In this document: piece after piece, positions 25,960 through 38,570 of the stretch
Position numbering within the stretch: position 1 is the stretch's first letter
How the letters are laid out: every line of letters starts with the position of its first letter
Notes under the pieces: model-generated
Databases searched by the model: none
What the model was told of the DNA's origin: nothing
Seen by the model: only the letters and a program-made list of their open reading frames with translations
Made by a program: the position numbers and the translations under genes
Origin: Dicyema japonicum
Taxonomy: Eukaryota; Animalia; Dicyemida
Reading direction: 5' to 3'
Assembly (NCBI GenBank): GCA_011109175.1
Contig: RDEW01000011.1
Location: 621,061 to 685,060, forward strand
Length of the DNA: 64,000 nucleotides

Positions 25960-26200
25960 GGTATGTAGCATGTATTTGTGGAGAAGATCCTTGAGCCCAC
26001 AAGTCCGCTGGGACCAAGATGTTTCAAATTGATTGTACAAACTCCATCAGGGCCATTAGAACCGCGTACTTTGCTCGTTTTGACCTCTCCGCCTTCTCAG
26101 CAGCAGATCAAGCTCCAGAGGCACTCTGATATAGGTTGCAAGGGACGAATGCGTCGGTTTAGGTGACGTCTCAGACAAGAGTTTCCCGGCCTCAAAAGAT
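25960..26200 (-). mobile_element. Ingi-like LINE RT fragment
   Basis: Minus-strand frame SNGPDGVCTINLKHLGPSG matches SCGPDGIPAIVLKNIGP of the 19888 ORF. Confidence 0.65.
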
Positions 26201-26978
26201 AAGATGTTCATCTCACCTTGGTGTTTCCTGTGTGAAGTTGACGATAGATTGTCCTTTCAGATGTCTCCTTTCACGAATGGGATTCAAGTTTCCCGGTTAA
26301 AGTATGGATTGTAATCCCGGATTTTGGGAGTGAACTTTTTTGTCAGCTGAGAGTTAATTGACTGAGAGTATGGTCAACTAGTAGGTTAGTTACCCCGACC
26401 TTAGTAACTATAGAACTACTCTTGTGGTCAGAACAAAATGTTTAAACTGAATGACGATGGGCATTCAATTTGGTTTTGTCGTCGGTGGTTCTACGGAATG
26501 GCGTTAGGATCATGCGTATCCTAGATTCGTAACTTATCAGTATTCTCTTGGGAGATGAAAAACGAAGACTAAGTTGTTTGATCCCCATGTAGCGTTTTTC
26601 ATCCATAAAAACCCTTTCCAAATTCCGAAGCTCTTTCACAGTTTGAGATGTTTTACCCCTACAAGCACATCGACATACTTCTCTCTATACAGGGTTTTCA
26701 AAACACTGAGAAGTGCGTCACATAATGAAGAAATTTTAACATCTAGACAAGAATTGCTCACATTTAATGCCACGTGACCATGTCGCTCTATTTATTTTAT
26801 ATTTTCATAGTCATCCCTAACTTTCTGTATTTTACTACTGTCAGAAAATCTTACAAATGAAAATAGACAAGTTATCATTCATTTGACTTTATAAATCGGA
26901 AATTTTGACCTAAAATTGACTTATTGACTTTCAAATTCTAAAGTTTTGACCTTTTTTGACTTTATGATAAATTTTTCT

Positions 26979-27060
26979 GGTTGAGGTGGTGACGACACCT
27001 CTATTGCACTATGTCTTATTTGTATTCCTTATCGACTTCCCCGTTCACTGTTCCAAAATT
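26979..27060 (+). mobile_element. Isolated 5' end of an RTE element
   Basis: GGTTGAGGTGGTGACG..CCTCTATTGCAC-ATG is the same leader as at 55979 and 31052. Confidence 0.6.
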
Positions 27061-27129
27061 TTACTCCTTGTTTCCTGGTGGATTTCGACCCCTGAAAACG
27101 AATTGATTTTTCTTGGATCCCCGATCACT

Positions 27130-27420
27130 AGGAATGCTATAAAGCATGTACTCCTTGACAAAAAAACAACTCCTATGCGAATTGCTGGACAGATTACAGC
27201 ATCTTGACTCACACTCAGCACTATTCCTCATGAAAAGAAGTCTTAACATTCAGAGAATCGCCTATTTACTCAGGACAGGCCCGTACTATTCCAACTGGAG
27301 CAGCTTGAGCACTTTGAGCAAATATTTAATGTCAAATTCGATGATGCTGCATGGAAGCAAGCTACACTCCCAGTTAGATTTGGGGGTCTTGGAATCCGTC
27401 GTAGTGTTTCCATGGTAACC
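27130..27420 (+). mobile_element. CRE-clade RT C-terminal fragment
   Basis: LDRLQHLDSHSALFLMKRSL..YLLRT, then a WKQATLPVRFGGLGI-like frame. Confidence 0.7.
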
Positions 27421-27491
27421 AGAGATATACTACATAATGACTTTTTTTTTAACTATTATAAGAACAACATTTAACTAATTCATTAATTCTA

Positions 27492-27592
27492 GGTGACGCC
27501 CAGTGCCAGGCCGGCACGAAAAAGGATCATTTGCTCTCCCCACTCCACTGGAGGGGTTTCCACAACTGCATGTAATAAACGTCTTACCTTTT
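27492..27592 (+). mobile_element. SINE family A core and tail fragment
   Basis: GGTGACGCCCAGTGCCAGGCCGGCAC..AAAGGATCATTT..CCACTCCACTGGAGGGG. Related pieces at about 21709, 24062, 31053 and 59860-59905. Confidence 0.6.
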
Positions 27593-28039
27593 ATGCTGAT
27601 TCCGGGTGGACTCTATTTCTGTAGAAGTGGAAATTGGATACACTTAATTAGTTGTTTACTTTAACTTCTTTCTCGGTGTATACGGGGTTAATAAATTAAT
27701 AAATAAAATTAATTAATTCTAAACAAAAAATTAATATAAACTGTATTTATTAAATGGATAACCTGATTTTTTTATTTTACAGCATGTATTTAGTGATTTT
27801 TTTTCTCAATTTAGCGGGTATATCAGATATCTTGTTGAATATGAAAAAATTAAACATAACTTATATGGAATCGATCCTGAAGATATAAGTACTCAGATGA
27901 GACGGAGAGTACGAGAAAATGCCTCAATCCCCCTGGACTTCGTAGATGATAATGCAGTCGAACCATAAGCGGGGGAAGGAGACTCCGGACCATGAAGGTC
28001 TGGCTTCGCTCTGGAGCAGAAGAAGAGAGGATCTGAATT

Positions 28040-28170
28040 GCGGGGTCCAAATTCGCGCAAGCCTGCCAATCAAAAGTCAGGTCTCTCAAGTGCGTGAACT
28101 GTGGCGAGGAAGGACACAGGGCGAGCCATTCAATATGCTTTCTGTATCAAAAGGCTACGGAGAAGGTACT
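28040..28170 (+). mobile_element. Gag-like zinc-knuckle remnant (LINE ORF1 type)
   Basis: 28091-28138 encodes CVNCGEEGHRASHSIC in a frame not listed in the ORF track. Confidence 0.55.
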
Positions 28171-28802
28171 ACAGGGGAGAAGGCAGGCGCCCTCCTCTGG
28201 ATTGACTAGTGATGTAAGCGCCATCGTATGGTAAAAGGATATCCAAACGCGCTTAGGGATATTGCGTTGTGCTACAGAAAGGAAAATTTTATCTTTTTCA
28301 ATTGCGGCGATATTTTGTATAATGCTAATAGGCCTTTTTCAAGCATCTTGGAAATTTTGTAAATATTTGATTATTCATAACAACTGGTATGCGATCTTGT
28401 TATAATGGTCTCAGTTCCCTCATAGTTATATTTCAGATTAGAAAATTAATTAACATTTGCATCAAGTTTCTCAGGATGAAAAACTTAAAAAGATTTAACA
28501 TTCTTAACACTTCATTCTTTCATTTGTAAAGACCTCTTACACATAAGACATATAGGAAGTAATTTGTTATGCTCGTAAGGCAGGGGCCAACCGGTTGATC
28601 ACGGCGAATTTTTTGGTCGATCGCAATTGATTTTTCTTTAAATTTTATTTTACGAAAGAGAAAGTAGAACAATTAAAAAATCTTTTTTCCCAACATATAA
28701 CTTTGAGAAAATTTATTAATTCGTCCAAATGTGCAGCAATTACATCATTGCGTGTGACTCGCCTCCTCCCAAAACACAAAAAACCTTTCACAAATGGTAA
28801 TA

Positions 28803-29290
28803 CAGTAAACCCTCATTAATCCGAACCAAAAAAATTTCGATGTCTTTTGAATTGTGAAGGTATAAATATACTAATTTTATTGTAGTTAATATTTATGTTT
28901 TCATATATCAGAATTAAAAAAATATAAAAAATTATTTAAAATCAAATATTATGCTTTATTTAATAAAGTCATAAATCGTTGTCTGTCTTTAATTCCTTTG
29001 AATTAACACTTCTAACTTCTTTATTGTATTAAAATTTTTCAATGTTTCAGATTCTATCATTTCTAAAAATTCATTGATTTTTGTTTTTTTCTATAACGTT
29101 AATTGCATTTAATGATTCAATTGGCGAAAATTCTCTATTGTTCTCTCCATTTTCAGCATCAATAATTTCCTCGTCGACATTATAATCTTCACAAAAAATT
29201 GTAGTCGCATTCTCAAATCTTTGGTAAGTGGCACAACGCCACCTATGCCCTCAGACCACATCAGCGGTAGATCTGCTTGTCCTGAATCCA
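28803..29290. mobile_element. Tc1/mariner-pogo type deletion derivative; one terminus seen
   Basis: TA|CAGTAAACCCTCATTAATCCGAA terminus. Internal segment about 29116-29200 is shared with 53139-53420. Confidence 0.55.
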
Positions 29291-29299
29291 CTGTGGCTC

Positions 29300-31052
29300 A
29301 ATGACAGAAATTCATTCACATGCTATTGCACACGATCCCACCACCAGAGCAAGGACCTTTCTTAGCGTATTGAGTAGGATGACTGGCGCAGGTTTTTCAC
29401 AGGGTCCGCCCTCTTATTTGGTTTTTGAATCAGCACCAGAATTCTTTGCCCAACGGAAGAAGGTCGTTAGTTGCAAACATTTCGTTTAATACTTTGGCCG
29501 CGATTTCCACCATGGTTTTGGGGTCGTAATTTAGTAACTCAGCACTTATGCCATCCGGTCCTGACGAGTGATTGCACTTCAGTCTCTCTATTGCTTTCAT
29601 TACTTCTCCCACCGTGATTTAATTTAAAAAATTTCCTGTATTACCAGTGATTAGGTCCACCTTTTCCCGTGAACGTCAAAGAGTCGTTCAAAATGAGCAG
29701 CAATAAGTTCGGCTTGTTCTGTAGCGTCAAAAATCATATTCACTTTGTTATCCTGAATTTTTAGATTGCCCTTTTGTTCCTCCTCTTAAGCAGGCGCATT
29801 GCCAATAACATCTGCGCACAATCCTTTAGATTCTCCACTTCCTTTAACCTGGCATCCAAAACGTTTGCAATATGTTCAGTTTTAGTTTGATTTTTCTCTG
29901 TATCCTGGTACGTTCCGACTTAAAAAGCATTTCCTGTCTGTGTTCGTCATGCTTTCTAGCGATAGTAGAAGATCCTTCTGCAGCTAGTGCGGGAACATCG
30001 GGTGGCCCTGCTCGCACTCGTGCGTTGTGCGGCCGTCTCCCAATTTTTTCGTCTGCAGCCATGTGAATTCTTTCCATTGTATGCGTCCAAGTGACTCCCG
30101 GTGGAAGGCCTGTCTCTATTGCTTGTAATAATGTTCCATAGATGCTCGATAGAGTGAGTGTGAAAAACATAATCTCTCGACTAGGTATCCTCTCCGTATG
30201 ACCTGAGATGGCTTTGTTCCTGAAGTGCGTGTATAGCGACTTGTAATATCAAACAGGGCCACGACGGCCCCGTATGACCTCGTCCAGTAATAGAGTTCTA
30301 TCTTTCTGTCGGCAAAGCATGTAATCAATCTGATTGTAAATCATCACATGGCACCCAGATTCATTCTTCTGCAGCTCGTCCAGTAGTCTTATGTCTTGTG
30401 GAGCATGCGCAAACGCAGTGTTACACAAGAATAGACCAAATGCCCGGCAAAAATTTATCAACACAGCCCCCGGCAGGTTCCTGATCCTTTTCCGTGTTTC
30501 CCGATAGTCAACTCATGTTCCCGACGTACTCCTGCTTTAGAATTCCAGTCTCCGGCAATGAAGACTAGAAAAGATGATTCCAGTTCGGCATATGTCCTCG
30601 ACAGTTGCACGTAGAAAGGGTCAAATTCGTCTGAATCTTTGGCGATCCGTCCACTGTGGGTGCATAAACATTTATAATTTAGAAAAGGGCCTCGACGTGC
30701 GTTTGACCCCAACCCGTATTTGTAGTATGCTGATTCTGTCGTTAACACTCCAACACCGACGTATCCCACGAACAAGTTTCTTGTGCACGGCAAACCCTGT
30801 CCATAGTGTCTTGATGACGATAGTAGTAAAATGAGTCTATGGTCTCCATGTAGTTCGTCCATTCCAGCCTGTACTTTTGTCTCTTGTAGGCATCCCACGT
30901 CTGCACCAATCTCCCAAAATCTGAACATAACAGGTTTTTTTTCCACTCCTTGCTGATCCCTCTTACATTGAAAGATGTTATTTTAAGCTCCTCCAAGCGC
31001 TTTAAGTGCGTTTCAGGCATTTGTGCAATAGAGGCACGTTACCACCTCAACC
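29300..31052 (-). mobile_element. Degenerate, 3'-truncated RTE LINE (endonuclease and start of RT)
   Basis: KITSFNVRG..GCLQETK..RHYGQG..AGDWNSK..LCNTAF.H..YNQIDY..LKCNHSSGPDGISAELL, collinear with the RTE at 56011. Confidence 0.85.
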
Positions 31053-32129
31053 AAAAAAAAGGATCATTTCATCTCCCTACAACACTGGTCCATTCAGTGG
31101 TTATGAATTCGATTATTTTAATAAAAATATTAAACAAAATCAATTTAAAACAAATTTAATAAATAAAATGAATTCTATGAACGCTGGTGGAGCAGAACAG
31201 AATCCAAATATTACCCAATAGACATAACAAGGGTACGCGTACATGTTAAAAATGCTTACGGATATTGAACTGACCATGTGGCTCATTGTGGCTATAAATT
31301 AAATGACTTTCCAAACAGATCCCAGTAGCTTTTCGATTGAAAGTAGAAACTCCACTAAAGTGCCCCATCATTTCAAATAGATTGAAAAAAACCGCCAATC
31401 CCAAGGCCAAGTGCAATCTAGTGTAACCAAATAGGCACACTTGTTGTAAGTGAGTTTGTGTGCGCAAAAACTGATCTCTGGAAACGTGGTTGAGATGTAC
31501 GGATTCTGAGCAATTACAAGACGCTTACTGGTTTGGTTATGGCGGCAATAAGAATTATTAAATTGATTGAAAGTGAGATGAATCGAACATAAACCAATTC
31601 AAAGCCCATATTTCCATGGAGATTACATTTATTTGTATAATTAATTATAAAATAGGAATATTTTGATAATATTCTAATAAATCATCTATATGCAAGAATG
31701 GGAGTCGTCCAAGAGGGGGGGTCTTCTTCTTCCTACTGCATTTTCCAACATACAGCGGTGCCACCAGAAACGGCGAACCACATACGTATGAGACATGGGA
31801 GGAGAACGAGGTTCGAATGACATCTCCTATGCGTGTTCCTATACGTGCAACATGTTCGTAAAGTAAGTGCTTCGGGTCACTGGAAGAACACCGGGAAAAG
31901 ACGAGGATACTACTTAAGGTAGTCAGGATGGCCGTGTGTCCTTCTTAATTTGTCTTTGTGAAACAATTACCGAACTAAGCAACTAATTAAAGTAGAAGGT
32001 ACATCGGTCGAGGAGTCCTCTGCACTTCTTTTCTTTAGCTCTTTGCTTTCTGTGGCGGAAAGTGCCTATACCGCGCAATCGATGATGTTGGAGGAGGGGA
32101 GAGAGTTAACATATGTTGCATCGCATACT

Positions 32130-32400
32130 AACGGTTTCCTCTCTTCGAACGAAAAGCTTTCCAGGCTTGTGGGTTCCAGTCAGGGAAATTGAGTAGCCAA
32201 CTTGCGTAGTAAACGATATGCAATGCACAAAGCTGGAAAAACATCCCAGCCTAGCTCAACTGATAAAGCAAGAAATTCCTTCGCTGTTTCCACTTCGGAA
32301 AAGTTTAAGACAGTCGACGATTTCTTCGTAGAAAGAAGATGAGTTGCTGTACTATGCACTTGCATCTAAACATTCTTTCATGATGATCAATAGCAGTCTA
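32130..32400 (-). mobile_element. hAT transposase C-terminal dimerisation-domain fragment
   Basis: VFPALCIAYRLL..P followed by an ERSFS-like motif. Confidence 0.6.
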
Positions 32401-32599
32401 TCTTGTCTATGATGAAAAAACAGCGAGAAAAATGTGAGTACAACTTAATAACGTGAGCTCTATGGCTTGGATCTGCTGTCCCCTACAGCGTGCTACCTGG
32501 GTGGTTGCCCCTATTTCCCTCTATCCACGCCCCTAGTTCCAGTATGGAGAGGTAACCAGCAGACTCTAGGACTCGCTTAACAGTTCAGTTAATCACAAT

Positions 32600-33270
32600 G
32601 TTTTGGTAATCGTCCTGCGCTTCTTCAGCAAAAAAAGGCATGATGACAGTCGACGGACCACCACACCAGTACTTGGGAGTCTGCCAAATCTTCAATCCAA
32701 GTCTGATGGAGATTCCGATGCGGACAGTATATCATCAAGGTGGGTTTTAACACTTCTGACCGGGAAGCTATTTATCTTCGCAGATGGCCTGTAAATGTCT
32801 CTCTGCTCAAGCAGCTTGACTTTCAGATGCTCCATATCTCTGACGATTCTTTTGGGAGTTAAAGAATCATCTTGATCAACCGCTGACTGGAGTAAGGAGG
32901 ATAGATATGCAGGGCATGCTAAATAAATGGGTGAGTGGATTCCCAGTTCTCCAAAGCGAACGGGTAAGGTTACTTGGTCCCATCATTGGTAGTCAAATTT
33001 AACGTTCGTAAAACATAGGTAGTGGTCCGGAAGAGAGAATCGATCGTTTTGAGCTGTTGCATTTTCAGATAACAGGAGGAAACTGCCATTTCAATAGACT
33101 CGTATAGGCAGATACACGGGCAGCTTTAAGAAGCCTTAGCGTAGATGTTAGGTTTGAAATCGATTCAAGTAATTTCTGATGATCCAGTGGCACTTGTTCA
33201 TAATGAAAGCATGAACAGAAGATGTCGTAATACCTGGTAGAAGGCATGACTGACACTGGCAATCAGTAAG
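32600..33270 (-). mobile_element. Heavily deleted derivative of the PHD-CRE family
   Basis: Mosaic of PHD tail (C.C.SC), EQVPLDHQ..LESISNLT, WDQVTLP..LG.LG and RISIRLGL segments similar to 15640-18580. Confidence 0.75.
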
Positions 33271-33788
33271 TAATTCATTTGTCTGTTTTGTTTGGTTTTT
33301 AGTTATAACACCCCTCGGATCTTTGCAAGCGTTTGCTTAGCCTGTTAACCACCCGTTTCCTTAACTTTAAGGCAATGGTGGGAAAAACAAAAAACATCCT
33401 TCAGCTAACAAAAAATTGATGCTCGTTCCAAGTAAACCATTTGCCTTTTAGGAGAAAAAAATGAGTTTGTTGGCTACAAATACAGACTTTTATCCACGAA
33501 CAGGCGACTAAAGTGAGAACCACATCTGACAGATCTCTAAGACCGTTAGTTTTTGGATGTTATTTTTTGTCCGATTTCTCTCACTTGGAAGAACTGGGGG
33601 TTAATAAATCTCTGCTATCTCACTTGTTCAACTTATTCCTGATTGACCCAATTAACCACACCATACAAACAGTACACCTAGTAAGGTCTGGTCTATCCAG
33701 AAGATGGGGTTCAGAGAAGGGTACCACCAATTAATACTCAGAGTGACAAGAAATACAAAAACCTCAAACAAAACAAATAATAGACTAG

Positions 33789-34337
33789 TTACATTCTAGG
33801 GGGCATATAGCCTGGAGGAGGAACTTGTCCCTGTCCGGTCATTGGAGGTCGAGTGGCTGAAGGAAAAGAAGGAGGCATCATTGGGGGCGCCATTCCTGGA
33901 TGCATCATTCCAGGAGCAGGAAAACCAACTCCACGTGGAGGAGCCTGTAGTCCAGGGTTCATGGCTGGCATGGATGGGATTCCTCTCCCCGCCATTTTGG
34001 CAATACCAGGGTTAACGGGGACTGCCTGAGGGAGTCTAATTGAAGTCTCTTCTGGTGGAGGTCTACCTTCCACCGTCATGAGGAAGAGATGTTCCCCTCT
34101 GAGCAGAACAAATCCAAGAGAACGCTTTTCTTCTCTTTCCTCCTTGGTTTCCCGGTTCTTTACTATTCTGAATTCGTCACAGTCCCCGAGAACAATGTTC
34201 ATATGGCGATCAAAGCCTTTCAATGTCCCCACTAGTTGACGCCCGTCAGTTAATGTCAATCTCATCCGAAAGTTCAAGAATTGTATGACTTTTCCACTTC
34301 TTGGAGCCTATTAGTTTACACATTAAATAGCCACCAT
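33789..34337 (-). CDS. SNRPB: Small nuclear ribonucleoprotein SmB/B' (173 aa); one 27-nt intron right after the ATG (34308-34334)
   Basis: Sm fold RMRLTLTDGRQLVGTLKGFDRHMNIVLGDCDEFR..EEKRSLGFVLLRGEHL plus a Pro/Gly/Met-rich tail. Intron GTGGC..CTAATAG. Confidence 0.95.
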
Positions 34338-34559
34338 GCGGTAGAGAACTATACGATTTTAATTTTAAATTAATTATTTTATTTATTTATTAATTTAAAA
34401 AATATTTATTCTTCATATTACCTCCACACCTACATTTTTCATTATTTTTATTTTCAGTAATTTTTTGGGCAGCAGAAGGAAATACGTTCGAATCTGGGAA
34501 GTTCAAATTCGAATAAAACTGTATTAAAGAGAAAAACACAAACCTTGGAAAAGAGAGGG

Positions 34560-34840
34560 GTCACTGGATGGATTAAGGCCTATTATTCTACTGTCAACTA
34601 TCAGGGTACATTATCGATCATAGTGCTTAACCGTATACAAGAGCCAAGGGGAAAATACTTTTCCCAAAGTCAAAGTGGGTTTAGAGGTGGGTGATCTACC
34701 TCAGATATCATGTGGAGTCATCGGCTTACATCAATATGTCAGAAATATACGAAAGTCATCTACATCCTAGGAATTGATCTAACTAAGGCTTTTCACAGCA
34801 TCAACAGAGAAAAACTCATGAGTATCCTGAAGGAACTGCT
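34560..34840 (+). mobile_element. RTE RT fragment
   Basis: SQSGFRGG*STSDIMWSHRL..CQKY..ILGIDLTKAF matches ORF 57725. Confidence 0.75.
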
Positions 34841-35279
34841 TTACTCCAAGCCAAATTTATTTTGAATAAACGGGATCTGCGCATAAACATTGAAAAAACT
34901 AATTATACACGAATCGAACGAGAAAAATCAAAAAAAGTGATGAATGCTATCTACATACAAAAAACTCGGCTCACTACTAGGTGAAGCCGAGGACATTTGT
35001 CGCTCTGTGAATCTAGATCAATTAAAATGGACGTTATTTTATCGAGATGGCAACTATTTAGACATTTTCTCAGACTGGACCTGACTACGTCTTGTAACAG
35101 AATAATGGAAGATTTCGAGGCAGACTAAGAAATACACTTCCAATTTGCTTAAAAGATAATTACGAAACAACAGGTCGGAAATTGGTGACAGCAGACGGTT
35201 GCCCAGAAACAAGATGGCGAGGAGGATGTCTGCAAAGCATGGTTCAAGGAAACCCTTTTAAGGCTACGCGAAAGAGCTC

Positions 35280-36220
35280 TTAACTAACTAACTTCAGATT
35301 CTTTCTTCCAACGTAGTATTTTTTCAGACAGAACTTGCCAATAACCATTTTATGGTTACTATTTATCATCGATTCTCCGTAAGAACGGGAATCATGCAGT
35401 AGGGGTTTGTCCTTAGTCAGACAAATGATGTAGTCAATTTGATTGTATTGACACTCGTTTTCAAAGTTCTGCCCAGTCCAAGTGTTCTTGTGGCGAGCTG
35501 GATGCACAAAGGCAGTGCTTCCGACGAAAAGATCATTCACTTGACAGATGCTGGCCAATGGTGTTCCCGGCGTGTTTCTCCACCCCGTTCATGTCTGCCG
35601 ATGAGTGATTCTCTCCATCTTATCCCAACTTTTGCGTTAAAGTCTCCGGCAATAAATATCAGCAATGAAGTTTCATATTCTGAGTAAGTCCTTAATAATT
35701 GACAGTAAAAGTCATCCAGTTCACCAGGGTTTTTCAAAAATCTATTACTATGTGGAGCATACACGTTAATGGTTGTCATGTAGCTTTTGGAAGAGCACAT
35801 GCCATTTATTCTAATTTGCAGGGCACTGATCCTGTCATTGAGTTCCAAAAGTGATGTATTCGAGAAACATGGTGGTCATGGACTGCGAAACCTTGTCCAT
35901 AATGTTTCTATTCACTGCATTTTTTAGAGCCACGTCACCAGCCTGCTCAACCAAAAATAGTGTTAATTGTTCTGAAGGCTGGAATGGTGACGTACCTCTT
36001 CGATGTATGACGGACAACTGTCTTCTTTCTTCTCATGAGCTTGGAAATGATCGGAACCCTACGTTTCAACCAAGAAAATCCTGAATACTTGAAATATTCG
36101 GATTCATGTCCCATCTGAGCCAAAAGGATAGAATCTGGAGTATCATCTGTCCGAAGTTGCACGTGTTTACCTAGTTGATAGCTAAAAATAATTTGTGAGA
36201 ACCATCTCCGTTCGCGAGGG
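35280..36220 (-). mobile_element. RTE endonuclease region, degenerate
   Basis: DRISALQIR..INVYAPHS..IAGDFNAKVG; TAFVHPARHKNTWTG..YNQIDYI..SRSYG..NHKMV. Confidence 0.8.
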
Positions 36221-36911
36221 TCTTCGAGTTTTGCAGGAATAATTTTCCGATATCGTTTACTAATTTTTTCCGAACGTTTCAGTCGTTTAGAAGAGCATTA
36301 GCTTATTAAGCCAAATGCTATATTCCTCTACAGAATTGATGGTCTCTCGCATTCTCTTCATGGATCTCTTCAAGGTCAATCTGAGGCCAAATCTCCATAA
36401 TCTTTTCATTTAGTTTATTTTATCCTCAAAAAGGAAGCAAGTACTTCCTCTCCAGTTCTCGACTAGAAGCTTTAAAAATAATGTCCCCACGATTGGGACC
36501 ATGCCTGAGTAGATGAAAGTCCTTACCTTCCTTTACATAGACGTTGACGAGGAGACAGGCTCAGGAAATCACGGAAATTCTTCTTTGTGAACAACGGAAG
36601 TTCGATTCACGTAGGAGCAGAGGTCGAATCTCGTCCACCAAATATTGGAAGGACCGGGAGAAATGCGTCCTATATAATTAAGAATATTCTGGAATTAATG
36701 ACTACTTATTCCCTTGTTCCTTCTCAAAACAGGCAAATCCAAAATTGTACAATTCGAACCGAGACATCCCCGCTTCCTTGTATTCGAAAGTTTACATATC
36801 CGATGTCTATTGAGTTCACGAAGAACGTGAGGTCACATCCATATTGTGGAGATAAAGGGAGATGTTAATAACTTTATTTCCTACGTTAAGGTAGTAAGGA
36901 AGTAAACAAAA

Positions 36912-37515
36912 TTAAAATTCAACTAAAGAATCAAAATCCCTGATGACACAATCATAGTCCTCACCATATAAGGAATCACCATTCATCGCCAGCTCCACGT
37001 TGGCACCAAGTATTCCTTCCCTCAGATCATTGGCCGCCTTCGAATTGAGAGGGTTATTTGGGGATATCTCCTGCACATTACTAATCAAATACCTCAAATA
37101 GGAGACAGAGAGCATATATTACTGAATTCAGTTCTAATGTGGGCAACCAATTCTCCCTCAGTATGTCAAGACAGACAGCACCACTTCTATCAACGTTGGG
37201 ATGGTAGATTACGTCCAGACATCTCACTTGAGGGGGAGAAAATGGGTAGTCGTCGGGCATTCGGAATTTAAAGAAAAACACGCCTTTCTTATAGAATCCC
37301 TTAAATCAGATGATTTGTTACTTTTTCGGGGGAAATAGCCAGCTTGAAGAAGTTATTTTTGTGTGAGGAGGGAAAATAGTACTTACAGTTGTGAGGAAGT
37401 ACAATATCTTGGACGTCTGAGTATTACACATCAGCTAACCTTTGTCAATTCTGCTTTTACATGTTGGGGATATTTTATCAGATTTCAACTTCTCGTCCAT
37501 CAATAAGCTAAACAT
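36912..37515 (-). CDS. UBE2M: NEDD8-conjugating enzyme Ubc12 (178 aa); introns 37417-37439 (23 nt), 37300-37321 (22 nt), 37071-37092 (22 nt)
   Basis: RIDKDVQDIVLP..SPEKGFYKKGVF.F..YPFSPPQV..IYHPNVD.SGAVCLDILRENWLPTL.LNSVIY..PNNPLNSKAA follows human UBE2M along its length. Splicing gives an intact frame. UBE2F is not excluded. Confidence 0.85.
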
Positions 37516-38570
37516 TTAATAATTTTATATAATTTATTTACATTTTAAATAATTTTATTTAAATAATTAATTTATTTTTTACTTATGTAATTTACTTTTC
37601 AAGTTCCTATGGGCTTTCATTCTACAACAGCCCTTTCCATTCTTACATATAGTTTTTCTAAACAATCCACCATCATCGTACACTCCTTGGGTAACTTCAA
37701 ATCAGACCGGGAGTAAATTAATTCCATCGATGTATTGTCCAACCTTCCCCCTACATGTGAAAATAAGCATGTTCAATGTATACCGAGGATTTAACGTATT
37801 CTTGTATAGCAGTAACCCATCGTATTCCACGAGACCATCCCAGGCAAACACAATTTTGACTTATTCATGACTTTAGCTTTGATTCTTTACAAAGGAAGTC
37901 ACATCTCCTTATAGAGGTATAAAGAACCTCTGCCTGAGAATTGGACCACATAAAACTGGAAGTAACGTTCTGAAAAAATTTAAAAAAAATGAGTTAAGGT
38001 CCAGGTGTGGAGTCCAAGCCTTATGGTAGAACTCAGATGTAATACCCTCCAGAACATTCCTCAACTCTTGTTAATAAATTGTTGTTTATAAAAAAAGAAA
38101 GGGCCACGTCTAAGTATAACTTTATTGCTTAAACAAACCTCACGTAGGTCAACCATAACTCGTCTATATTAAGTTGATTTGCTATTTAATTATAGGACAG
38201 TGCATAGATTCAATTAGCTTTAGCTATTAACTTCTTTCAGGCGTATCCGTGGTTAAATTAAGTAATTAATAAATATGCAATCTAGCACTCCACTCGTATT
38301 TTTATAACTTCTTCATAGTCCGAGGAGTGAATATCCATAATCCTTCCATTAATTTGATTATAACGTACATCCCATTTTCCTTGAACTTCGACATCTGTCA
38401 CATCCGATCCTTGAGAACTGTATCATTGAAGCATCCAAGCTAAACCAACTGGACAGGCGTTCAATATCTATTATTTCTGCACTACAGACATCCACAGAGA
38501 GAAACAATCAACAGCACGCTTTATTCCCTAATACTCAAACAAATACAAGAAAATGAACAATTAAAGTAAG

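Noticed and set aside
32465-32570. HDV-like fold suggested by TCTGCTG/CAGCAGA pairing
   Set aside because: P3/L3 do not fit and the catalytic C position is G.
36330-37900. TGA reassignment or read-through suggested by in-frame TGA in coding-like frames
   Set aside because: Conserved Trp residues use TGG, and UROS ends in TGA at the expected C-terminus.
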